IMG/VR virus record: IMGVR_UViG_3300017767_000007
Length of the DNA: 64,000 nt
Reading direction: 5' to 3' (one strand)
From: an uncultured virus (IMG/VR IMGVR_UViG_3300017767_000007)
Taxonomy: Duplodnaviria; Heunggongvirae; Uroviricota; Caudoviricetes
The translations under genes and the position numbers were made by a program. Below the pieces are notes generated by a model. The model was not told the origin of the DNA. It ran no database searches and saw only the letters and a program-made list of their open reading frames with translations. Position 1 is the stretch's first letter. Every line of letters starts with the position of its first letter. Positions 28,762-38,635 of this stretch are shown here, piece by piece.

Positions 28762-28929
28762 TGGCTGATGATGGATTAACTTCTATATGGTTTTTATTAC
28801 TGATATGGATTGCTATAAGCGTATTGGCTTATTCCCCTCCACCTGTGCCTAAGAAGAAGGAGGAAGTCTTGTCATCAGAAGAAGGCATTGACGACTCGTT
28901 TCTCACTAATTTAATGTGGTTGAGCCAGA

Positions 28930-29337
28930 ATGACTAATAATAAGACTATCAAGAGATTAATTGTTCGCATAGTCTATGGTAACGGTCCTCTTACAAAGAA
29001 CAGCCTTATCGGTCATTTACAAGAAATACTGGGTAATGTGAATAGAACAGAAGGCTCAATATCTTCTCTATTGGCTAAGAATACTCAAATACTTAGGATA
29101 GGGACAGTTAGAGAGCCTAACAAGTATGGCAGAAGAATTGCTACGCCTCAATATGATGTGGATAGGGATTTGATTCAATCAGCGAAAGACATCGTATATA
29201 CCACACCTTTATCTCTTATGACACCAGATGAAATTGCTAAATCGTCAAGATGTCCTGAATGTCACAAAGTTCGTGTTCTGCCCGATGATAGTCCTATATG
29301 TCATAAATGCCTGAAAGTTTCTGCCAAACCTTTATAA
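28930..29337 (+). CDS. wHTH + zinc-ribbon protein (possible transcription factor)
   Basis: GPLTKNSL...SISSLL; CPEC...CHKC. Confidence 0.5.
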   Translation: MTNNKTIKRLIVRIVYGNGPLTKNSLIGHLQEILGNVNRTEGSISSLLAKNTQILRIGTVREPNKYGRRIATPQYDVDRDLIQSAKDIVYTTPLSLMTPDEIAKSSRCPECHKVRVLPDDSPICHKCLKVSAKPL

Positions 29338-29360
29338 CCCTTAGTGCCTTCGTCTAAAAT

Positions 29361-30026
29361 ATGAAGATAATTGCCCTTAGTGGGAAGATGAGAAGCGGGA
29401 AGACTACACTCGGTGCTCTTTTGGAAAAGCACCTCAATGGATGCAAAAGGGTATCATTCGGAGATGAAGTGCGAAGAGAAGTGGCTCGTGGTATGGGTTA
29501 TGACTCTAACGATTGGAAGTTCCCTTTTACTACTCACGATAAGAAAGCACTAAGACCTGTTCTTCAAGCATGGGGACATAATATGCGTAAAGTTAGAGGG
29601 GAACGATATTGGATAGACAAACTCATGACTCGTATATTGGGAGATACAATTTACAATGACGACCAAATCTGGGTCATTGATGATGTGCGATATCTCAATG
29701 AATTAGAAGCAATTACAGAATTAGAATACGATGGTATAGGCTCATACCAATACCACATAATCAGACTTGAATGTAGTGAAGAAACTCAAATCAGAAGGGG
29801 ATGCGACCCATCTAATATGAGCCATGAATCTGAAATTGGGTTTACTGACTATACTTGGAATCACCCATATACAGATGTTATCCATTCCGATAACGATGAC
29901 TGCACTAATCTATATGTTACTGCTATCACTAAGTTATATGATATAGGTTTGATTGAAGATTATCAAATGAAAGATGCAATAACTGACTTTCAGTTCTATT
30001 CGGGCAAGGTTGAATCATGGCAGTAA
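29361..30026 (+). CDS. dNMP kinase-like P-loop kinase
   Basis: SGKMRSGKTT, SFGDEVR, RPVLQAWG, IDDVRYLNE. Confidence 0.8.
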   Translation: MKIIALSGKMRSGKTTLGALLEKHLNGCKRVSFGDEVRREVARGMGYDSNDWKFPFTTHDKKALRPVLQAWGHNMRKVRGERYWIDKLMTRILGDTIYNDDQIWVIDDVRYLNELEAITELEYDGIGSYQYHIIRLECSEETQIRRGCDPSNMSHESEIGFTDYTWNHPYTDVIHSDNDDCTNLYVTAITKLYDIGLIEDYQMKDAITDFQFYSGKVESWQ

Positions 30027-30310
30027 TTAGAGAAGAAGGCAACAACCTAATTTTCGAGAACGGTATGATTTGTGCATACCACTCCGATGAGATAGACAAT
30101 TGGGTTCTCAACTTTCATGCAACTAATAACACTAAAATGTCTGGATTGTGGAAAGAGTTTACCGAATATGCGAAACGGGTTGGCTGGAAAGAACACACTA
30201 TACTAATCGGAAGAGGAAGATGGATGGTGGATAAGACAGTAATTCCTTATGTGGTAATACGATGCACTTTGCAGAATTGTTCTCATTGTGTCTCGGCAAA
30301 GTATATATAG
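30017..30310 (+). CDS. Hypothetical protein
   Basis: ORF track. Confidence 0.5.
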   Translation: MAVIREEGNNLIFENGMICAYHSDEIDNWVLNFHATNNTKMSGLWKEFTEYAKRVGWKEHTILIGRGRWMVDKTVIPYVVIRCTLQNCSHCVSAKYI

Positions 30311-30709
30311 TAGTAAATGAAGGGGATAATATGACCGAAGCAAGCGAACTTCAACGAATGGCCGACGACCTAAAGTATCTGAATAGAATGAATTACGATG
30401 ATTTCTGCAAGGTTCTATTCCCGAATGCAACTGCTAATTACCTAATACCTAAGTGGGAACTGTTTAAGACAGACAAACTCAGTTTCATTTGGTCTTGTTC
30501 AACAGACAAGATTCAACTGATTTGTGACTACATCAAAGGGGAGATGAATGAATGACATTCCAGAATGACTTCGATGTATATATTTACAGGGGCAAACACT
30601 ATTACCGTTGCACCCTGCCAAGACAAGCAATCAACAGAACAATGGATGGATATAATCTGTTTAAGTTTGTTGATGGCAAACAAGTCCTGATTCCAATAGG
30701 TGAACCAAT

Positions 30710-31267
30710 ATGAATATCTTTGCTCTTTCACATGACCCAACGGAGGCTGCTCGCTTCCAATGCGACAAACATATCACCAAAATGACAGTCGAAGCATACC
30801 AATGTTTAGGTTCAGCCGTCATTCGTCATGGTGCTACGCCTGACATGATGCCACTCACTAAGAAGGGAACTCCGCTTAAGGGAGGTTATCACAATCACCC
30901 TGCTACCCGTTGGGCTGGAGATTCACAAGACAATTTCCTATGGCTTTGCTTCCATGCTGCTGCTCTATCAGAAGAATTTGAACGACGATTCGGTAATACG
31001 CACTTTTGTTCTGATGGTATAGAACACCTCTTCCACATGCACAATATCATTCCAAAGGGAGAAATGACTCCGTTTGCTCGTTGCTTCAATCAAAGCAAGG
31101 GTGAAAATCTTGACCTCTTAGAATGGGAATGTCCTGTGGAAGCATACCGTGAATTTTACAGGCGTGACAAAGCGACTATCGCTGAATGGAATCACTTTCG
31201 CAAAGCACCTGAATGGTGGAATGATAACGAATACCTATACGGAATAAAATATGAGGTGGCACAATGA
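30710..31267 (+). CDS. Pyrimidine-dimer DNA glycosylase/endonuclease V-like protein
   Basis: MNIF...CDKHITKM...HNHPATRW, PVEAYREFY family motifs. Confidence 0.7.
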   Translation: MNIFALSHDPTEAARFQCDKHITKMTVEAYQCLGSAVIRHGATPDMMPLTKKGTPLKGGYHNHPATRWAGDSQDNFLWLCFHAAALSEEFERRFGNTHFCSDGIEHLFHMHNIIPKGEMTPFARCFNQSKGENLDLLEWECPVEAYREFYRRDKATIAEWNHFRKAPEWWNDNEYLYGIKYEVAQ

Positions 31268-31379
31268 CTGACCAAGAAAGAATAAGATTTATGCTATGGG
31301 CTGAAAGGACTCATCCAAGAATACTAAATGAACTGCTTAGTGGATATAATAGAAGTCTTATCCCAAAGGAGGAATTACA

Positions 31380-31655
31380 ATGAATGCCAATGAAATAGCA
31401 GCTGATTGTGGATTTGATTCAGCATGGAATATGCTAAAGACTAATTGCGAAACAGACGAATTACTTGACTTACTGCATGAACTACTACATGATGATTCGC
31501 AGAAAGGTTCTGACATTATGTATGATTGGATAAAGGAAATCGCTTCAGACAAATACGAATGGGTTGATTGGGAGCAACTACAAGCCGATGCTGACGATGC
31601 TCGGTATGACGCTTGGAAAGATGACCAATATGAACAGTTTTTTGGAGAGGATTAA
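31380..31655 (+). CDS. Acidic hypothetical protein
   Basis: GGAGG RBS. Confidence 0.55.
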   Translation: MNANEIAADCGFDSAWNMLKTNCETDELLDLLHELLHDDSQKGSDIMYDWIKEIASDKYEWVDWEQLQADADDARYDAWKDDQYEQFFGED

Positions 31656-32014
31656 TATGTCGCTGTGGAATGATTTGAAAAATAAATTAGATGAAACAAT
31701 ATCTCGAATAGAAGAATTAACTTCTGCAAAGGAGTCAGTTGAAAACTTACTGATTGACCTTGAAGCATTGGATTTGCCTGACGGGATAGAAGGCTCGCAT
31801 CATGCTGAAATGGAACTGAATGATACACTTTCTTCAATAGAAGAAGAATTGCAGGAATTACAAGGCAAGGTGGCTCACCTATGACATGGAGAGCGTGGAG
31901 GCCTCAAGTCAATGTGGCTCAAAACTACAAGTGTTTGAAGTGCGGTCACATCTATCTGGCTTATCCATTGAATACGAAATGTCCTAAATGTTAATCTGTT
32001 AAAACCTTATATAT

Positions 32015-32455
32015 GTGAATGAATTGGTGATAAATATGTCCGAAGAAGAATACTATGTAGGCGACCCTTGTTATGTAATACGAGATGAAGATTGGCACTT
32101 ATTTTGTGCAAAGACATTTGAAAGTTCTGCTCAATCAAAAGCAACTCATCAAAACATGGATTCAGTAGTTGAATGGAATGGCGCACTTCTTGAAATTTGG
32201 TCTAATGGTGGCGACGGCTCATGGTCGTGGGGTTCTGATTCCTTTTGTGTTGATGCAGGAATCTTTGCGGTAATACCACTTAGTTGTCTGCGTGAAGATG
32301 AGCAGGAAGAAGCCCGAAGAATCATGGGTAGTTACGCTATCAGATTTACAAAAAAACCAGACTTGTATGTTGAAGATTACATCATCTATCTAAACGATGA
32401 AGCAGACGATGAAGGCCAAAGACGATTAGATGAAGAACGCAGAGGATGGTATTGA
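32015..32455 (+). CDS. Conserved phage protein (GDPCY type)
   Basis: YYVGDPCYVI, GGDG, VDAG; likely ATG 32036. Confidence 0.6.
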   Translation: MNELVINMSEEEYYVGDPCYVIRDEDWHLFCAKTFESSAQSKATHQNMDSVVEWNGALLEIWSNGGDGSWSWGSDSFCVDAGIFAVIPLSCLREDEQEEARRIMGSYAIRFTKKPDLYVEDYIIYLNDEADDEGQRRLDEERRGWY

Positions 32456-32609
32456 TAATGTCTGAACGCCCTTATTTCCCAGCAACAAAGACTAATACCG
32501 TTGATACTTCAGACATTGCTCGCATGACTATTGTGTATGGAGATGGTTCTATGGATATTATGATTCGCCAGCCTAACGGCACATTTTCCGTTGAAAGGAG
32601 AAATGCAAG

Positions 32610-33509
32610 ATGAAGGTTGTTTGGGCTGAAAAACACCGACCATCGGACATGGAAAACTTTAGAGGTCAAGAACATCTAAGGGCTGAAATGGAAGCCATAA
32701 TGTCGGGTAAATCCCAGATGCAACACTTCGTATTCTATTCCCGTGAGCCTGGCACAGGCAAAACTACACTTGCCTATATGTTGGCAAATAATCTCGGTTA
32801 TCAAATCCACAAATACAATGCCTCGTCTAAGAAACAGCGTGGTATTGAATTTATTGAGGAAGAAATATCCCTTATCGCAAGGTCAGGTCAAAATGAAGTA
32901 ATAGTGCTTCTTGACGAGGCCGACCAACTAACGCCAGCGGCTCAATCAGCACTAAAGGGTGTCATAGAAGATTCAACCTGTTTCTTTATCCTAACTTGTA
33001 ATGACCTATCCAAAGTCAGCCCCTGGTTGCAATCTCGGTGTCAAGTGCGAACATTTGAGCCTGTCCCTATCAAAGATATGGAAATTCAGTTGGCAACGAT
33101 TTGTGCCACCGAAGGAGTTGAAATCAAAGATGTTTCAATCAAGGTAATAGCGAAGCGACATGAGGGCGATATGCGAAACGCTATCGGTGCTTTACAGGCA
33201 TACGCTTCCCTTCCCGACAATCAGAAAGAACAATTCCTTAATAGCCTAACAACACCAGACATTGACTCAAAGAAGTTCTTACAAATGTGTTTCAAGGAAA
33301 GAGCAATTGACGATGCCTATACCATACTTTTATCAGCCCCACCTCGACAAGCGGTGAGGCAAGTCTTTACATTCGCTATCACAGGGGTTGCATCTGTGGA
33401 TAACAAACTGAAGGTAATTGATGCCTCCGTCACAACTGAGCGTGACTTAATCAATGGAGTAAATGAGCAAATTGCGCTTTATAACTTCGTTAGAATGCTG
33501 GCTAAATAG
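32610..33509 (+). CDS. rfcS: Replication factor C small subunit (clamp loader)
   Basis: WAEKHRP, PGTGKTT, NAS, LLDEAD, QSRC, GDMR. Confidence 0.92.
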   Translation: MKVVWAEKHRPSDMENFRGQEHLRAEMEAIMSGKSQMQHFVFYSREPGTGKTTLAYMLANNLGYQIHKYNASSKKQRGIEFIEEEISLIARSGQNEVIVLLDEADQLTPAAQSALKGVIEDSTCFFILTCNDLSKVSPWLQSRCQVRTFEPVPIKDMEIQLATICATEGVEIKDVSIKVIAKRHEGDMRNAIGALQAYASLPDNQKEQFLNSLTTPDIDSKKFLQMCFKERAIDDAYTILLSAPPRQAVRQVFTFAITGVASVDNKLKVIDASVTTERDLINGVNEQIALYNFVRMLAK

Positions 33510-33572
33510 GCCGAAACGACACGCTTATATACCCCTATGATAACCGAATAATAACAAGGAAAGGAATGTCCT

Positions 33573-34808
33573 ATGAATAATAACCAACCCGATATAGAAA
33601 AAGTAGCCAGCCAAATTGGTGTGTCTGTTGATGCACTTAATTCAAGAATGAACCAAGTTTCTGCTTCACAATCTGAAGCATGGAAAGCGTCAGGGTATGA
33701 CGATGATAAAATTGCATCTCTAACCCTTCGTATTTCAGCAAGACAACTACATTCTGAAGCAACCAAGATTAAGAATTCTGGTGCTACTGTCCTTGAAGGT
33801 ATGGCATTGCGCTCTCCAAGATACAAAGACTGGGGCAAACTGCGCTATGACAAAATGACTAATCAACTGAAGACTTGTGATGAAGCAGTTCGTTCTAACT
33901 TGATTGAACAGGGTGCTATCGTTCTGTTTGAAAACAACCATGACGGCACTTGGACTCGTCACATCAATGAATCTCTTCGTAATAAAGAAGCGTTTGAAAT
34001 TGGTGCTATTGAAGATTCAGTTTCAACTCCACATGCTAAGGCAGTTGAAGTTGATGAAAACACTATGTATTACATTGTTGCAGATAAGTCTTCTCCTACA
34101 TGGCCTTCTGGTGATTCTAATTGGAGATACGGTTCTCCTTCTCCTGTATCGGATAAGAAAAGAACTGTTTACTTCTTAGGTCGTAAGCAAGGCTCAAACG
34201 ATGACATTTCTGAAATCCAATTGGTATTTAGTGGTGACATGGCAGAAGCATCTTTCCCTACATTCGTTCCTGGTTCTATCGCAGTTAAGATGAATCAAAA
34301 GAACACAGTTGGCTATGCTAAGGCTGGTGTCACAAGTCTAAATGAAGACCCTGCTCTTGCTTCTATCTTCCCTAATGCACCTGTCATGTTTGATGGTGAT
34401 GCACCTGCTGGTATGATGGTTGATGCTTTGGGTGGTCTTGAACCTCAAGGTCGCTTCTTGAAAGGATTTGACTCTATGGCTTCATACCTACAATCAGTCC
34501 CTGAAAGTGAAAAGTGGACTTCTTATTGTGGCCTAATCGCTGAAGTAGTTCACATTGACCCTCGTGACAAAGGTGGATATACTATTACTGTTGGCGACCT
34601 TGACATTCTATCATCAGCACCGACTCAAGATATATGGGTTGATGCAGACCAAGAACACCTAATCAACTTTGGTGTGGGTTCTCAATTGGCTCTATTCGGT
34701 ACTGTATGGCAGACCAAAGAAGGTGAACATCGTTTCTCCTGTCAAGGTTGGTATGTTGTTGAAACTGTTGAAGCATTGGCTGTTGAAGAAGATGGGTGGG
34801 ATGCCTGA
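33573..34808 (+). CDS. Putative OB-fold ssDNA-binding protein (RPA-like)
   Basis: Position between RFC and ATPase; acidic C-terminus EEDGWDA; OB-like C-terminal strands. Confidence 0.5.
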   Translation: MNNNQPDIEKVASQIGVSVDALNSRMNQVSASQSEAWKASGYDDDKIASLTLRISARQLHSEATKIKNSGATVLEGMALRSPRYKDWGKLRYDKMTNQLKTCDEAVRSNLIEQGAIVLFENNHDGTWTRHINESLRNKEAFEIGAIEDSVSTPHAKAVEVDENTMYYIVADKSSPTWPSGDSNWRYGSPSPVSDKKRTVYFLGRKQGSNDDISEIQLVFSGDMAEASFPTFVPGSIAVKMNQKNTVGYAKAGVTSLNEDPALASIFPNAPVMFDGDAPAGMMVDALGGLEPQGRFLKGFDSMASYLQSVPESEKWTSYCGLIAEVVHIDPRDKGGYTITVGDLDILSSAPTQDIWVDADQEHLINFGVGSQLALFGTVWQTKEGEHRFSCQGWYVVETVEALAVEEDGWDA

Positions 34809-35743
34809 TGTCTTGGGCTAATACTAATCAAAAGTCAGCGCCACCTGCTAAAACGGCATTCGGTGAAGAATACTACGCCAACCTGTTCGCTAAGAAGGTT
34901 GCTGCTCAAGAAGGTTCTCAAATCCGTATGGCTCTTGTAGGGCATGAAAATACGGCTAAGACAGGTCTTGCACTATCCTTTGCATATACTGAAGCCGACA
35001 AGAAGGCTGGTAAAAAGGTATTCATCTTTGACTTTGACAACTCGGCTCAATCCATTATTGACTACGCATACCCAGATGACCCAAACATCATCCGTCTGCC
35101 TATCCATGATGAAAACGACGAATCCATCTTCAATGAGGACAACACTGTTAATTGGTTGGCATTGATTGATAAGACTCAATGGTTTGTAAATATCGTCGCC
35201 AAAGAAGACCCTGCTAATGTTGCTGGTGTAGTCTTTGATGGTGGCTCATCTTTCCTAAAGATTTGTGAAATGGCTATGCGTGAATCTCTGGTTCGCAAAG
35301 GCATTATTTCAGATGAAGGCGATACCTTTAATCAAAAGGAATGGCAGGAAAGAAACCGTTTGTTCCGTCAAACTCTTAACCGTGTTCATGGACTTTCATT
35401 CAGCAAAGTGTTCTTTACCTTCCACCTGAAACCTATCAAACAATACATGGATGATGGCTCAGGCCGTAAAGTGCTCATGTCTATTGGTGAAAGACCTGAA
35501 TGGGAAAATGGTTCAATGCGACTGTTCTCTCAACAAATCTTCTTGAACCGATACATGAAGAAGGCTGACCCAGCGGCTGGTGTCAAGGCTGACAAATCTA
35601 TGGGTGAAGGCGAATGGTCTATCAGAGCAACTGTTGAAGAAATGAAGGGTAAAAACATGGAACATCTCGGACAAACATACGATGTATTAACTGTCAAGAA
35701 GGGAGATGTCAAGTGGAATGGCCTGCCTATGCTTGAATGGTGA
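34796..35743 (+). CDS. RecA-fold/Sak4-like (AAA_24) ATPase
   Basis: GHENTAKT P-loop, FDFD, VVFDG, FTFH; likely ATG 34808. Confidence 0.65.
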   Translation: MGCLMSWANTNQKSAPPAKTAFGEEYYANLFAKKVAAQEGSQIRMALVGHENTAKTGLALSFAYTEADKKAGKKVFIFDFDNSAQSIIDYAYPDDPNIIRLPIHDENDESIFNEDNTVNWLALIDKTQWFVNIVAKEDPANVAGVVFDGGSSFLKICEMAMRESLVRKGIISDEGDTFNQKEWQERNRLFRQTLNRVHGLSFSKVFFTFHLKPIKQYMDDGSGRKVLMSIGERPEWENGSMRLFSQQIFLNRYMKKADPAAGVKADKSMGEGEWSIRATVEEMKGKNMEHLGQTYDVLTVKKGDVKWNGLPMLEW

Positions 35744-35744
35744 T

Positions 35745-35993
35745 ATGATGCGTATTGCTCGTAATCAAATCCTGTGTTCATTATTGACGGCACATGAGGT
35801 AAATGGGTTCATGCAAAATCTTGACCCTCCGCAACTTGTGTATGTCAGACATGACGATAATTCAGACATCTATGATTATCTAAAGTTATCTGTGGGTGAT
35901 ATAGTCTATACTAAACAGACGCATACTGAATATGTTAGGACAATAAGCAATATGTTTATAATCCCTATTGAGGAAGTTGTGGGTGTTGAATAG
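35745..35993 (+). CDS. groES: GroES-like co-chaperonin
   Basis: ~82 aa directly before GroEL; LSVGDIVY and FIIPIEEVVGV resemble GroES VKVGDKV and LILRESDILAV. Confidence 0.55.
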   Translation: MMRIARNQILCSLLTAHEVNGFMQNLDPPQLVYVRHDDNSDIYDYLKLSVGDIVYTKQTHTEYVRTISNMFIIPIEEVVGVE

Positions 35994-37491
35994 TATGCTG
36001 AACGGTAAAGAAGCCAAAGATAAACTGCTTATAGGTATTGATAAGGTGTATAGTGCTCTTGCGCCCACACTTGGTCCTGCGCCTCGATTAGTGTTGATTG
36101 ATTCTGACGAACATGATAAAGACCCACTCATTCTTGACGATGGAGTAAACATTTCTAAGTTCATCAAATCAGATTGTCCCTATGAAATGGCAGGTATCAA
36201 GTTAATGCGTATGGTTGCTCACGAAGCACAAAAGGCTTCTGGTGACGGAACAACATCTGCTACCGTGATAGCAAAGCACCTAATAACAAACTTATTTGAG
36301 GAAGAACATCACCCAGTTAGGCTTGAGAAAAACTTGCTTAAGGCATGGGAGAGTTTTAAGAATAGTTTAGAGGAATCCAAGTGGGATGCAAGCCCAGAAG
36401 AATTGCGTGAAGTCTGTTTGTCGGCACTTAATTATGACGAATTATCAGCGGGTTGCATCATGGAAGCGTTTGACAGCGTTGGTGCTGAAGGAATTGTAAT
36501 GGTGCATGAGCATCCAGGAGAATTAACTAAGGTCGAAACGACTCAAGGTTTGACTCTCAATAAGGGCTTTGTATCTCATCTATTTGCTGGTTCTCGTGAT
36601 GGTAAAGTAGTCTATGAAAACCCTGCAGTATTAGTTACAGACCATGATATTGTCACCTTTGATGAATTAATTCCTGCGCTACAATGTGCTGCTGAAAACA
36701 AGAAGCCACTAATCATTATCGCTGCTGGTTGGAAACCACACGCTATACAGAATCTTTTGCTAAACGCTGTAAATGGTAAAGTTATGGCCTGTGCTATCAA
36801 TGCGCCTGCTGGTGGTGAAGAACGGGCTGAAATCTATGAAGATATAGCAACTTCATTAGGCTGTAAACCAATACTTGCTGCTAAAGGTGAGCGATTAGAA
36901 GATAGAGATTATTCCCTTGAAGACTTTGGGTCTGCGGAATTGGTTTCCATTGACCGTAATACAACCGTATTTTCAGGCGTTGGTGGTAATGATGAAGAAA
37001 TTGAGGCTCGTATAGAACACTTAGAACAACTCAAAGCCGACGCAGACCATCCATTCTATGAACAAAAATACAACATGAGAATCGCTAAACTAAGAGGTAA
37101 GATTGCTACTATAAAGGTCGGTGGCCTGACCGATGTTGAAGTTCGTGAAAGACATGAAAGAATTGATGATGCCGTAAATGCCGTTAGAAGTGCTTTAACG
37201 GGCGGTGTTGTGCTTGGTGGGGGTATGATGCCCTACAAGATAAAAACGGGCTTTGTAGCCTTCGATAATGCCCTTAAATCGCTTGTTCAAACAATGGTAA
37301 AGAATTGGGGTCGGGAAATGCCCCAGACCGACGATGATTGGATATTCTTTGATGCTTCAACAGGAAGATTTAACGCTTATGATAATCATTTGGTTGATTC
37401 GCACGATGTAATTCTCAATTCGGTAAAGGCTGCTGTTTCTGTGGCAACACTTGTATTAAAGACGGAAACAATTTTGTCCGAAAGCAAATGA
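35968..37491 (+). CDS. groEL: Group I chaperonin (GroEL-like)
   Basis: TLGP, DDGVNI, GDGTTSA, KPLIIIA, RIDDAVNA; likely ATG 35995. Confidence 0.92.
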   Translation: MRKLWVLNSMLNGKEAKDKLLIGIDKVYSALAPTLGPAPRLVLIDSDEHDKDPLILDDGVNISKFIKSDCPYEMAGIKLMRMVAHEAQKASGDGTTSATVIAKHLITNLFEEEHHPVRLEKNLLKAWESFKNSLEESKWDASPEELREVCLSALNYDELSAGCIMEAFDSVGAEGIVMVHEHPGELTKVETTQGLTLNKGFVSHLFAGSRDGKVVYENPAVLVTDHDIVTFDELIPALQCAAENKKPLIIIAAGWKPHAIQNLLLNAVNGKVMACAINAPAGGEERAEIYEDIATSLGCKPILAAKGERLEDRDYSLEDFGSAELVSIDRNTTVFSGVGGNDEEIEARIEHLEQLKADADHPFYEQKYNMRIAKLRGKIATIKVGGLTDVEVRERHERIDDAVNAVRSALTGGVVLGGGMMPYKIKTGFVAFDNALKSLVQTMVKNWGREMPQTDDDWIFFDASTGRFNAYDNHLVDSHDVILNSVKAAVSVATLVLKTETILSESK

Positions 37492-37520
37492 TTATATACC
37501 CCTAAGTTTGGTGAATAAAC

Positions 37521-38342
37521 ATGATAACCGTTAATGCTTCCGCTTTGAAACGCCTACTATGCCTGACCCAACGAAGACAAACCGTTGCTGGAAAGAATAA
37601 TCCTCAAGTTGTTGCTTGTGTGCTTAGAGCAGACAACCAAAGACTATCCACAACCTCTTTAGTGCGTGATGGTAAAACATCAGTTTCATACTTCCATGTC
37701 CCATGTGTGCATGAAGGAGAAGCACTTGATGGTATGCCCGTTCCAGACATTGACAGACTAATGGGTGTCCTAAAACACTTTACAGGTGAAATCAAAGTTA
37801 GCACATCTAAGACAGGTATTGTAGTCAAATCTTCTAAGAAGCAATCAACTCTTCAAGCCAACCTTAATGGTCTTGCTTTCCCTCATTCGACAGAAACTAT
37901 CGGGGCTTGGGAAGAAAAATCAATGGGTCTGGCTCAAAAGATAGATGGTAATACCTATAAGTTAGCAGACGGAAGTGTAATCAAACCGATGTGTTCTATA
38001 ACGATTAATGCTGATGAATTGGCTGATGCTTTGTCTGCTGACAACATGAACAACCAAAAACTAAACAGATACAAATTCCACATGGGCGGTGAATTTACCG
38101 ACTCTTATCTTCATGTGGGCGACCCACTCAAGGGTCAGACTATCGTTAAACTTGTTGAAGAATTGAAGCATGACTGTGATGAATGGGAATGGTCTTTTGA
38201 AGGAGGACTTGAAAATGTTGTGTCTTTCCTAAGCGGTGAACTCATCCTAAGTTTCTTAGACTTCCGACCATACGAACAGGGAATCCGTATGATTCTATCT
38301 GCTGACAATGGTTGGTTTATGCAAGCAGGGGTATTGGAATGA
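37521..38342 (+). CDS. Putative sliding clamp (PCNA-like)
   Basis: 273 aa two-domain pattern; context with RFC and PolB. Confidence 0.55.
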   Translation: MITVNASALKRLLCLTQRRQTVAGKNNPQVVACVLRADNQRLSTTSLVRDGKTSVSYFHVPCVHEGEALDGMPVPDIDRLMGVLKHFTGEIKVSTSKTGIVVKSSKKQSTLQANLNGLAFPHSTETIGAWEEKSMGLAQKIDGNTYKLADGSVIKPMCSITINADELADALSADNMNNQKLNRYKFHMGGEFTDSYLHVGDPLKGQTIVKLVEELKHDCDEWEWSFEGGLENVVSFLSGELILSFLDFRPYEQGIRMILSADNGWFMQAGVLE

Positions 38343-38635
38343 CCGAAGAAACCCTGCGTAAAAAGATGAAAACAATCATCATCACAGCAAGGCATATAGG
38401 GTTCATGGAATCTGAGGTAAAGGATGAATATAAGATATTATCTCTTGAAGATTCACTCAATGAATTGATTGAAGAATTTTTTGCTCAATTAGGTAATGGT
38501 GAATAATAATGGGTCTTATGCAGGTGCCAAACGATGACGCAGATATGTGCGCCAAGTGTGGTATCAGTACCAAAGGTCATTACATAATGTGGAATAAACG
38601 CAGATATTGTTTGCCTTGTTTATCGGATATGGGAG

